Positions 42,424 through 54,105 of a DNA stretch of 64,000 bases are shown one piece after another (position 1 is the stretch's first letter; each line of letters opens with the position of its first letter). The notes under the pieces were generated by a model, which had not been told where the DNA came from, made no database searches, and saw nothing but the letters and a program-made list of their open reading frames with translations. Made by a program: the position numbers and the translations under genes. This stretch comes from Mobula hypostoma (lineage: Eukaryota), in assembly GCF_963921235.1 (NCBI RefSeq), contig NC_086107.1, forward strand, positions 115,694,001 to 115,758,000. Direction: 5' to 3'.

Positions 42424-43544
42424 ATGACTATTGACAACTTTATGGAATCTCCAAACCCAGAGTTTTTAGCAAAGGCGAATAAGGGTGATGTATCCGAGAT
42501 TGCTAGAAGGTTGGACCTTAAAGGAATTACGAAGGTTACAACAAAGCCTGTAATTCAGCAAAAAATCGCGGAACATTATATACTTTTGGGTGTTTCTGAT
42601 GAAGCAGAGTTAGATAGGTTCCCTGTAAGTAAAACAGCAATCCAGTTACACCTGGAACAGGTAGCGTTAGAAAAGCTTAGAGTAGAAGCTGACTTAAAAC
42701 AGAAACAATTAGAAGCTGACTTGGAACGATGTTGGTTAGAAGCTGCAAATAAAAGGAGGGAATTTGAAGAAAGAGAAGCAGATAAAAGGAGGGAGTTTGA
42801 GCTACAGATGGAAAAGTTAAAATCCGAGAATCAGGCTTCTGATTTTAAGAAACAGCTTATTGCTAGTCATGAGGTTATTTTGGCTTCTCCATTTAGTGAA
42901 GCAGAAGTGGACAAATATTTCCAACATTTCAAAACTGTTGCTCTGAGTTTAGAGTGGCCGAAGGAGAGATGGCCAGTTATGTTACAAAGTGTAATTAAAG
43001 GCAAGGCACAACAAGTTTATACAGCTTTAAATGCTGAGCAAACACTGGATTATGATATTGTGAAACAGCATATATTGAAGGTGTATGAGCTGGTTCCGGA
43101 AGTGTATAGAGGAAGATTCAGAAATTTGAAGAAATCCGTGGAAAAATCTTACGTGGAATTTGCCTATGATAAATCTGTGTGTTTTGAGAGATGGGTTTAC
43201 TCTAAAAATGTGAATGGGGAGTATAATAAATTAAAAGAGCTGATTTTGCACGAGAAATTTAAAAGAAGCATTCCTGTTGAAGTGAGAACATACTTAAATG
43301 AAAGGGACACTGCTACATTGCAGGAGACTGCTAAATTAGCTGATGAGTATGTTTTAATTCATAAGAATAAGTTTTCTCCAGGTAGGGACTTTTAAAAGGA
43401 AAAATAGCACAGAGAGTCAAAGTAAACCAGAAATTATATATGAAGTTAGTGAGAAAGGTAAGGATGAAGGGAGACAAAAAGGAAAGACATTTTGGTCTTA
43501 TTTGTAATTATTGTAAGAAACCTGGACATGTAATAGCTAACTGT
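42424..43544 (+). pseudogene. gag: gag (coiled coil, SCAN/capsid-like domain, CCHC knuckle out of frame)
   Basis: PFSEAEVDKYFQHF...W...LQSVIKGKAQ; YELVPEVYRGRFR...W...LILHEKF...ETAKLADEY; CNYCKKPGHVIANC at 43503-43544 after a stop. Confidence 0.85.
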
Positions 43545-43561
43545 CTGTCCCAGATGCTTGT

Positions 43562-46500
43562 GTGCAGCATATTGAAACATCTGTAAATCCACAGTGTTCG
43601 ATAAATACCAATGAAGTTTTGTCAGAGTCTGACCAAGTTAAGAGGGGATATGAATATTTTGTAACTGAGGGATTTGTATCCTTGAAGGAGGGATCCAATC
43701 CTGTACCAATAAAAATCCTTAGAGATACTGGAGCTTCTCAATCACTAATGTTAGACAGTGTTCTAAAGTTTAGTGATGTATCTGACACTGATGAGGTAAA
43801 CTATATAAGAGGAGTTGGGAGTGCCCTTATGCCAGTACATTTGCATAGAGTATATTTAAGGTCAGGATTAGTTACAGGGCTTGTTAAAGTAGGACTACAA
43901 CCCAGTTTACCTGTGAATGATGTTTCTCTATTATTAGGAAATGACTTAGCTAATGGACAAGTTTTTCCTGATGTACATTTGACAATAAAGCCTGTTTCTG
44001 AGGAACCACAGAGGGATTCTAACATGGATTCTTCCTGTTTTATGGCTAAAAAGACTGATGTACAGGATGAGGTTGTTACCCATGATTGTTCAACTCGGGA
44101 TGTGAATTTTGAGGATGTGTCAGAAACTTTCTTACCTTCATTATTTGATCAGGAATTTGGTAGTAAGTCTGACCATGAAGATTTGTCTTCATCTTGGAAG
44201 GAGATGATAGCAGAGCAGGGTAGAGATCCTGAGATAGTTAAACTAAAGGAACAAGCTCTTCCAGATAGTGAAATTGAGAAGGTGGCAGTAGGATATTAAT
44301 TTGAAAAGGCAGTATTAATGAGAAAGTGGAGATTACCTACAATTCCTGCAAGTGAGGAATGGGAAGTTAATCACCAGGTAGTAGTTCCTAAAGTTTATTG
44401 AAATGAGATTTTAACTATGGCTCATAATATGCCTTTGGGTGGCCATCAAGGTGTAAAGAAAACTATGAACAAGGTTTTTAAACATTTTTACTGTCCTAGT
44501 TTGAGAAAAGATGTGGCGACATTTTGCAGAATGTGTCATACTTGTCAAATTGTGGGTAAACCTAATCAAGTTACTCCAGTGGAGTAACCTCACTGCAACC
44601 GATTCCAGCATTTGGTGAGCCGTTTTCCAAAATTATTATAGATTGTGTAGGCCCATTGCCAAAAACTAAAACTGGACATCAATATTTGCTGACCATTATG
44701 TGCACAGTGTCTAGGTTTCCAGAGGCAATACCTCTTAGGAATATAACAGCCAAAACTGTGACAAAGGCTCTTATAAAATTCTTTACTTATTTTGGGTTGC
44801 CTAAGGAAATACAATCTGATCAAGGTAGTAATTTTATGTCTGGATTGTTTCAGCAGATATTTTATAAACTGGGAACAAAACAGATTACCTCATCTGCATA
44901 TTATCCAGAATCGCAAGGAGCCTTGGAGAGATTCCATTCTACCCTCAAATCTATGGTTAGGACGTATGGTGTGGAAAATGAAAAGGACTGGGATGAAGGT
45001 ATACATTTACTACTTTTTGCAGTACAAGAGGCAGTACAGGAATCATTAGGTTTTAGTCCTTTGGAACTTGTGTTTGGGCATGGAGTTCGAGGACCTTTGG
45101 CCTTGTTGAAAGAACAGTGGGTTAATAAAGAGGTACACACGAATTTGCTGGGTTATGTTTTGAAATTCAAAGAAAGATTACATAAAGCTTGCAGCTTGGC
45201 CAAGGAAAATTTAAAATTGGCTCAGGAGAAGATGAAAACTTGGTACGATAAGGAAGCTAGAATGAAGTCATTTAAGTCTGGAGATAAGGTGTTAGTTCTT
45301 TTCCCGGTGCAAATGAACCCATTACAAGCTAAATTTCATAGACCTTATGAGATTAAATCAAAAGTAAATGATGTGGATCACGTGATAAAAACCCCAGATC
45401 AAAGAAAGGCAACACAGCTGTGTCATATAAATATGATAAAACTGTATTATGAGAGACAGGCTGCTACTATGACTGTTGTGGTCAATAATGAGTCGGATCT
45501 TTCTAAAAACTTAATGGATGATTCATCTGAAACTCATTTTAAATCCAACATTATTTCTGCCAGATTACCAAATTCAACAATTCTAGAAAATATTGATGAG
45601 AAATTAGCTCATTTACAGCCAGAGCAGAGAGAGCAGATGAAACAGTTAATTTTTAAATATAGGGATTTATTTCCAGACATTCCTAGAAGAACCACCGTAG
45701 CGACACATGATGTAGATGTTGAGATACAAAACCCATAAAACAACATCCATATCAGATGAACAAGGAAAAATGTGAACTTGCTGAACAAGAAATTAAGTAT
45801 ATGTTAGAGAATAATATTATTAAACCTTCTAATTCGAATTGGGGTTTACTGTGTGTTATGGTGCCTAAGCCAGACAATAGTATTAGGTTTTGTACAGATT
45901 ACAGGAACGTGAATGCTGTGACAGAAACTGATGCATATCCAATCCCTAGGGTAGATGATTGTGTGGATAAAGTTGGACAAGCAAAGCTCCTTACAAAGAT
46001 TGATTTGTTAAAAGGTTATTGGTGTGTTCCACTGACGGATAGAGGTAGAGAGATTTCTGCATTTGTAACTCCATCTGGGTTACATGAATATAATGTTCTT
46101 CCATTTAGGATGAAGAATGCACCAGGTACTTCCAGAGGAAGGTTCACCAGATTGATTCCTGGGATGGCAGGACTTTCATATGAAGAAAGACTGGATGAAC
46201 TGGGCTTGTACTCGTTGGAATTTAGAAGATTGAGGGGGGATCTGATTGAAACGTATAAGATCCTAAAGGGATTGGACAGGCTAGATGCAGGAAGATTGTT
46301 CCCAAATGTTGGGGAAGTCCAGAACGAGGGGCCACAGTTTGAGGATAGAGGGGAAGCCTTTTAGGACCGAGATTAGGAAAAACTTCTTCACACAGAGAGT
46401 GGTGAATCTGTGGAATTCTCTGCCACAGGAAACAGTTGAGGCCAGTTCATTGGCTATATTTAAGAGGGAGTTAGATATGGTCCTTGTGGCTACGGGGGTC

Positions 46501-47399
46501 AGGGGGTATGGAGGGAAGGCTGGGGCGGGGTTCTGAGTTGGAGGATCAGCCATGATCATAATAAATGGCGGTGCAGGCTCGAAGGGCCGAATGGCCTACT
46601 CCTGCACCTATTTTCTATGTTTTCTAATAGTGTGATTCATGGGTTAAAAGATACAGATGCCTATATTGATGATTTAGTTACAGGAAATAATACTTGGAAA
46701 GCACACATTACTGTGGTGGAGAAACTATTTGAGAGACTTTCAAAAGCTAACTTAACTATTAACTTAGCTAAAAGTGAATTTGGTCATGCCAGGGTAACCT
46801 ACCTTGGTTATGTTGTGGGTCAAGGAAAATTAGCTCTTGTTCAGGCAAAAGTTCAGACAATTTTAGAAGTACCCACTCCAACTGGTAAGAAAACTCTCAG
46901 AAGATTCTTGAGTACAGTAGGATATTACCGAAAATTTTATAAGAATTTTGTGAACATTGCTCTTCCATTAACTAACCCCTTGAAGAAAAATGAAAAGTTT
47001 GTTTGGACAGAGCCTTGTCAACAGGCCTTTGATAAATTGAAAACTATAATATGTAGTCAACCTGTGCTCAAATCCCCTGACTTTAAAAAACCATTTTCAT
47101 TACCTGTAGATGTTAGTGATGAAGCTGCAGGAGCAGTGTTACTTCAAAGAGATGAGGGTGATGAAGTTGATCGTCCAGTAGCTTACTTTTCTAAGAAATT
47201 TAATACCCATCAAAGAAATTATTCAACCATAAAAAAGGAATTATTATCTCTTGTTTTGGCTTTACAACATTTTGAAGTGTATGTTGGTACTACTCAAAAA
47301 CCACTCCTAAATTGGACTTTAATGTTACAGGATTACAATATTTTGATCGCTCGTATTAAAGGTAAAGATAATGTGATCGCTGATTGTCTGTCCAGATGA
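43562..47399 (+). pseudogene. pol: pol in order protease - integrase - reverse transcriptase - RNase H, with stops/frameshifts and a CR1 insert
   Basis: LRDTGASQS (~43720); HHCC at 44420-44550; IDCVGP / SDQGSNF / GALERFH (DDE); [51 protein letters not shown]. Confidence 0.92.
46135..46625 (+). mobile_element. CR1 3' fragment inserted in the gypsy RT
   Basis: RFTRLIPGM...[17 protein letters not shown] with ttctatgtttct tail, lying between KNAPGT and NSVIHGL. Confidence 0.9.
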
Positions 47400-47891
47400 T
47401 AAATGTACAATGTAAATTTTTTTTATGGAGTGATATTTTAACCTTTGTAACACTCCTGCTGTATATTAGTTTGTAAAAGGCTGTATGATGATACTGTGTA
47501 TACTGTGTATGTTGTAAATTTTATACGTGTTTTTTTTTGGTAAATAGTTAATTGTTAAAATTCTGCTCTTAAAAAGACCAAAATTGATTTTTGGAGGGAG
47601 GTGCTACATACTTCATGGATATCTTGTGATCGTCTTATGAGGATGATGTAATGGTCTTGCGGTTCTCACCAGGTATATAAGTGTAGACCCCTGGTGACGC
47701 AGTTAGTTTTCAGTTAGATTGTCAGTCAAGTACTCCGCTACGATGCTTATTAATCTCATGATGCAGTTTTGATTTAACACAGAGTTTTACATTCTATTGT
47801 AAGGTACAAAAATGTTGGGCTGGCAGTTTAACCAATCGCTGCCAGATTTGTTGATGTACCTTTTAAGTAATATTGGAGAGTGAAGACAGTA

Positions 47892-49104
47892 GATAATATC
47901 ATCTACCTGCTGAACCGTGTCTACGCCCACCTGGACAAGCCAGCGAGCACTGTGAGGGTCATGTTTTTTGACTTCTCCAGTGCGTTCAACACCATCCGCC
48001 CTGCTCTGCTGGGGGAGAAGCTGACAGCGATGCAGGTGGATGCTTCCCTGGTATCATGGATTCTTGATTACCTGACTGGCAGACCACAGTACCTGTGTTT
48101 GCAACAGTCCGACAGAGTGATCAGCAGCACTGGGGCTCCACAGGGGACTGTCTTGTCTCCCTTTCTCTTCACCATTTACACCTCGGACTTCAACTACTGC
48201 ACAGAGTCTTGTCATCTTCAGAAGTTTTCGGATGACTCTGCCATAGTTGGATGCATCAGCAAGGGAGATGAGGCTGAGTACAGGGCTACGGTAGGTAACT
48301 TTGTCACATGGTGTGAGCAGAATTATCTGCAGCTTAATGTGAAAAAGATTAAGGAGCTGGTGGTAGACCTGAGGAGAGCTAAGGTACCGGTGACCCCTGT
48401 TTCCATCCAGGGGGTCAGTGTGGACATGGTGGAGGATTACAAATACCTGGGGATATGACTTGACAATAAACTGGATTGGTCTAAGAACACTGAGGCTGTC
48501 TACAAGAAGGGTCAGAGCTGTCTCTATTTCCTGAGGAGACTGAGGTCCTTTAACATCTGTCGGACAATGCTGAGGATGTTCTACGAGTCTGTGGTGGCCA
48601 GTGCTATCATGTTTGCTGTTGTGTGCTGGGGCAGCAGGCTGAGGGTAGCAGACACCAACAGAATCAACAAACTCATTCGTAAGGCCAGTGATGTTGTGGG
48701 GATGGAACTGGACTCTCTCACGGTGGTGTCTGAAAAGAGGATGCTGTCCAAGTTGCATGCCATCTTGGTCAATGTCTCCCATCCACTACATAATGTACTG
48801 GGTGGGCACAGGAGTACATTCAGCCAGAGACTCATTCCACCGAGATGCAGCACAGAGCGTCATAGGAAGTCATTCCTGCCTGTGGCCATCAAACTTTACG
48901 ACTCCTCCCTTGGAGGGTCAGACACCCTGAGCCAATAGGCTGGTCCTGGACTTATTTCATAATTTACTGGCATAATTTACATATTACTATTTAACTATTT
49001 ATTACTATTTCTCTATTACTATTTCTATTACTATTTATCATTTATGGTGCAACTGTAATGAAAACCAATTTCCCCCGGGATCAATAAAGTATGACTATGA
49101 CTAT
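47892..49104 (+). mobile_element. Rex1/Babar LINE inserted in the 3' LTR
   Basis: FFDFSSAFNTI, GAPQGTVLSP, KFSDDSA, YKYLG; AATAAA plus (TATGAC)n tail; absent from the 5' LTR. Confidence 0.92.
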
Positions 49105-50789
49105 GTAACCTGAAGGAGTCGTTCGGCGGTTTTGGAGAGAATCGACCATTATTGAATTTGCTCAAGAAAGAGTGATCTGCATGAGATAGCCTCTGCTAAA
49201 AGCAGCAGAAAAGGCTGTGAAGTATCTAGTATCCAGAGGGAAAGGTCAGTGCCTTTAAACCGTTTTATTTCCGTTGTCGTGAATCCTACGGACAAGGCAG
49301 GTTCCAGCTGGAATTGGCAGTGACATCGTGTCTTCGAGGAATTCTTTACTTCAGGAAAGTGTCTCCTAGTTGACTGTATAAATCCCTCGGACTTTCAAAT
49401 TTACCATTCTAAGAACTGTGTTTGAATTTACCACTTCAAGAACCGTTTTTGCATTTATCGCTTTAAGAACTAGTACTGAGTGGCAGTTTGTTAAATGGCC
49501 GCATAGCAGTTTACTTCCGGTTATGGTTTTCGTTTGTTTCTTTTTACTAATTTTGAGCAGAGTTTAATAAATGTTTATTTGTTTACAAAACCTGACTCAT
49601 TTCTATATTCATTGTTGCCGGTCACGTGACAAAATTTTGTGTTCTTGGAGTAGTCAGGCATTCATTTCTGGGATACAGTATTCCGAACGTATGGAATGAC
49701 AACCCACTTAGTCACTTCTTGGTTGGTGTGTTGTTGGCCTCACAGGCATCTTTGTATGAAGTTTGAGGGTATCCCCTCGTTATCCCTTCGTTCCACCATG
49801 CTGCAGAGTGTCTCCACTCTTTGGAACAAAGTTTTGATACAACTCTCCTTGTGTGCAAATGTCACTCCACAATCAACAGTGCAGACGATGTCTCCTCATA
49901 CGGTGATGAGAACGTTTGCCAATCAGAGAACAACGCAACCCAGGAATCAGTGAAAGACCACCCAACCGGGGAATTCAACCAGGGTGCAGAAAAAAATCAA
50001 ACAGTGCAAATATAAAAAGAAGAAAGAAAGATATATATATATATATTGATGTGGCAAACAGGAGATGAAGAGACCCTGAAAGTGAGTCCAGAGTTTGATG
50101 GGTCAAGTGAAGCTGAAACGACTGTCCGAGTCTGGTCGTGTGGTTCCTGAATCTTTCTCCTGATGGCAGCAGCGAGCAGGGAGTGTGTCCTGGGTGGTGG
50201 GGTCGCTGATGATGGATGCAAGAATTTCATACAGATGTGCTCAATGCTTGGGAGGACTTTATCTGTGATGCACTGGGCTGCATCCACTACCTTCTGTGGG
50301 CTTTTCTGTCCAAGGGCATTGCACAGTGTTGGGGTTGATTGAGACCTAACTGTTGCACTTTATTCTGGACTGTTACATCTGTTTATTTTATTTAGAAATA
50401 CAGCACACGACTCTTACACTCAACTATCCAGTTGATCTACACCCCTCTGTAACCTTCCTTACCAATCACATCAGCAGCAACATTCCTGTCATCAGCAAAC
50501 ACCTCCCTTCCATCACGCTTCCCACGTTTTATCTAAGTTGGGATACCTCACTAACAATCTACAAGGCAAGGTGAAAAGTTTGCAGATGACACTAACTTAT
50601 ATGGTACAGTAGACAATGAAAAGTGGGTTAACAAAACCTCTGGGGTCATTTTTGATCAGCTGTGTAAATGGGCCAAGGAATGGAAAATAGTTTAATTTGG
50701 ATAAGTGCGAGGTGAAACTCGAATCCAGCTAGGGCTTTCAGTGAATCTGAAGGTTCTGGAGTGTTGTGGGACAGTAGAACCAAGGGGCA

Positions 50790-52465
50790 AAGGTAGATGG
50801 CCGATGGCCTGGTGGAAGAAGCTGTCCCGGAGCCTGTTGGTCCTGGCTTTTGTGCTGCGGTACCGTTTCCCGGTTGGTAGCAGCTGGAATAGATTGTGGT
50901 TGGGGTGACTCGGGTCCCCAATGATCCTATGGGCACCCTTTTTACACACCTGTCCTTGTAAATGTCCTGAATCATGGAAAGTTCACAACTACAGATGCGC
51001 TGGGCTGTCCGCACCACTCTCTGCAGAGTCCTGTGATTGAGGGAAGTACAGTTCCCATACCAGACAGTGATGCAGCCAGTCAGGATGCTCTCAGTTGCGC
51101 CCCTGTAGGAAGTTCTTAGGATTTGGGGTCCCATACCAAACTTCCTCATTGGCATTCATCAATCGTGGGATTGAGTTCAAGAGCCGAGAGGTAATGTTGC
51201 AGCTATATAGGACCCTGGTCAGACCCCACTTGGAGTACTGTGCTCAGTTCTGGTCGCCTCACTATAGGAAGGATGTGGAAACTATAGAAAGGGTGCAGAG
51301 GAGATTTACAAGGATGTTGCCTGGATTGGGGAGCATGCCTTATGAGAATAGGTTGAGTGAACTCGGCCTTTTCTCCTTGGAGTGATGGAGGATGAGAGGT
51401 GACCTGATAGAGGTGTATAAGATGATGAGAGACATTGATTGAGTGGATAGTCAGAGGCTTTTTCCCAGGGCTGAAATGGCTAGTATGAGAGGGCACAGTT
51501 TTAAGGTGCTTGGGAGTAGGTACAGAGGAGATATCAGGGGTAAGTTTTTTTGCACAGAGAGTGGTGAGTGCGTGGAATGGGCTGCTGGCGACGGTGGTGG
51601 AGGCAGATATGATAAGAGACTCCTGGTCAGGTACACGGAGCTCAGAAAAATAGAGGGCAATGGGTAACCTTAGGTAATTTCTCAGGTAAGGATATGTTTG
51701 GCACAGCTTTGTGAGCCGAAGGGCCTGTATTGTGCTGTACAGTTTCTATGTTTCTGTTTCCTCAACCGTCTGAGGTGAAAGGGATGCTGTTGTGCCTTTT
51801 TCACCATACAGCTGGTGTGTACAGACCACGTGAGGTCCTCGGTGATGTGGATGCCGAGGAACTTGAAACTGTTTACCCTCTCAACCCCAGATCCATTGAT
51901 GTCAATAGGGGCTAGCCTGTCTCCATTCCTCCTGTAGGCCACAACCAGCTCCTTTGTTTTTGTGACATTGAGGGACAGGTTGTTTTCTTGACACCACTGT
52001 GTCAGGGTGAAGACTTCTTCCACCACATTATTGTTTGAGATTAGGCCAATCAATGTAGTGTTGTCGGCAAATTTAATTAGCAGATTGGAGCTGTGGGTGG
52101 CGACACAGTCATGGGTATACAGGGAGTAAAGGAGGGGGCTTAGTTCACAGCCCTGAGGGGCTCCTGTGTTGAGAGTCAGAGGGGTGGAGGTGAGGGAGCC
52201 CACTTTTACCACCTGTCCAGGATCCAGCTGCACAAGGCAGGGTCAAGGCCGAGGTCTCTGAGCTTCTTGTCGAGCCTGGATGGAATTATGGTGTTGAATG
52301 CTGAACTGTAGTCGAAGAACAGCATTCTCACATAAACATCCTTCTTTTCCTGATGTGTAAGGACGGTATGTAGAGCAGTGGCTATTGCATCATCTGTTGA
52401 TCGGCTGTGTCGGTAGGCGAATCGTAGGGAGGTCCAGTTTGGTAGGTAGCAAGCTGCAGATGTAA
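50790..52465 (-). mobile_element. Rex-Babar fragment split by a CR1 (51146-51755, +)
   Basis: [41 protein letters not shown]; the inner CR1 reads RPHLEYCAQFWSP. Confidence 0.85.
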
Positions 52466-52611
52466 TCCTTGACCTGCCATTTGGAAGGTGGCATAGATTG
52501 TGAACAGCCCTCTGCATCCAGGACTTGCCCAGGAGCTACATTAGCCTGAAGACACAAACTCAATAATGCAGTAGCTTCCCCTCCTCCATCGTCAGTTTTC
52601 TAAATGGTCCC

Positions 52612-54105
52612 ATAAGATGATATGACATAGGAGCAGAATTAGGCCATTCAGCCCATCGAGTCTGATCTGCCATTCTATCATGGCTGATCCCAGTTCTCAC
52701 TCAACCCCGTACACCTGCCTTCTTGCCAAGTCCTTCAATGCCCAACTGATCAGGAGACAATCAACTTCACCTTAAATATACCCACTGACTTGGCCTCCAC
52801 CGCAGTCTGTGGCAGAGCATTCCACAGATTCACTACTCTCTGGATCAAAAATTCTTCCTTACATCCATCCTAAAAGGTCATCCCTCAATTTTGAGGCTGT
52901 GCCCTCTAGTTCTGGGTACCTCCACCATAGGAAACATCTTCTCCACATCCACCCTATCTAGTCCTTTCAACATTGGGTAGATTTCAATGAGGTCCCCCCG
53001 CATTTTTCTAAATTCCAGTGAGTACAGGCCCAAAGCTGCCAAACGCTCCTCATATGTTAACCCCTTCATTCCTGGAATCATCCTCATGAACCTCTTCTAG
53101 ACTCTCTCCAATGAGAACACATCTTTTCTGAGATATAGGGCCCAAAAACTGTTGACAATACTCTGGGTGCGGCCTGAGTAGTGTCTTATAAAGACTCAGC
53201 ATTATCTCTTCGTTTTTATATTCTATTCCCCTTGAAATAGATGCCAACATTGTATTTGCCTTCTTTACCACAGACTCAACCTGGAAATTAACCTTCTGGG
53301 AGTCTTGCACAAGGACTCCTAAATCCCTCTGCACCTGTGATGTTTGAATTTTCTCTCCATTTAAATAATAGTCTGCACTATTGTTCCTCTTGCCAAAATG
53401 CATTATCATAATTTCCCAACACTGAATTCCATCTGCCATTTTTTGCCCATTCTTCCAATTTGTCTATGTCCTGCTGTAATCATGTTGCTTCCTCAGCACT
53501 ACCTACCCGTCCACCTATCTTCCTATCATCCGCAAACTTTGCCACAAAGCCATCAATTCCATTACGTAAATCACTGACAATGTGAAAAGCAGCGGTCCCA
53601 ATACTGACTCCCGAGGAACATCACTAGGCACTGGCAACCAAGCAGAAAAGGCCCCCTTTATTCCCACTCACTGCCTCCTGCCTGTCAGCCATTCCGCTAT
53701 CCATGCCAGTATCTTTCCTATAACGCCACAGGATTTTATCTTGTTAAGCAGCCTTGAAGTGGCACCTTATCAAATGCCTTCTGAAAATCCAGGTAAGTGA
53801 CATCCATTGCCTCTCCTTTGTCCACCCTGCTCGTTACTTCCTTGAAGAACTCTAACAGATTTGTTAGGCAAGATCTCCCTTTACAGAAACCATGCTGACT
53901 TTGACTTATTTTATCATTAGTCTCCAAGTGTCCCGAAACCTCATCCTTAATAATAGACTCCAACACTTCCCCAACCACTGAGGTTAGGCTAACTGGCCCA
54001 TAATTTCCTTTCTTTTGTCTTCCTCCCTTCTTAAAGAGTGGAGTGACATTTGCAATGTTCCAGTCCTCCGGGACCATGCCTGAATCATGTAATTCTTGAA
54101 CGATC
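52612..54105 (-). mobile_element. Decayed CR1 ORF2 3' half
   Basis: PEDWNIANVTPLFKKG, SQHGFCKGRSCLTNL, DFQKAFDKVP. Confidence 0.88.

Larger units (their letters stand above)
40160..49631 (+). mobile_element. Full-length decayed Gmr1-like Ty3/gypsy LTR retrotransposon
   Basis: TG...CA LTRs at 40160-42292 and 47602-49631; TSD AAAT (40156-40159 / 49632-49635); PBS; PPT GGAGGGAGG at 47593-47601; order gag-PR-IN-RT-RH. Confidence 0.95.
39629..49950 (-). mobile_element. Decayed Poseidon-type Penelope-like element (39629-40159 plus 49632-49950) split by the gypsy insertion
   Basis: Joined minus-strand flanks read VIPYV...HKISVTHKSTATLR...TNVV..IECRDYSKCYVG*TGRKL..IHKHQLA...FDW...ILEAWFS (GIY-YIG-like, with frameshifts). 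Confidence 0.7.

Noticed and set aside
40160..49631. Endogenous retrovirus (tRNA-Pro PBS as in gammaretroviruses) or copia element (IN before RT)
   Set aside because: No env region (only ~200 bp between RNase H and the 3' LTR), and the RT/RH motifs are Ty3/gypsy-type.
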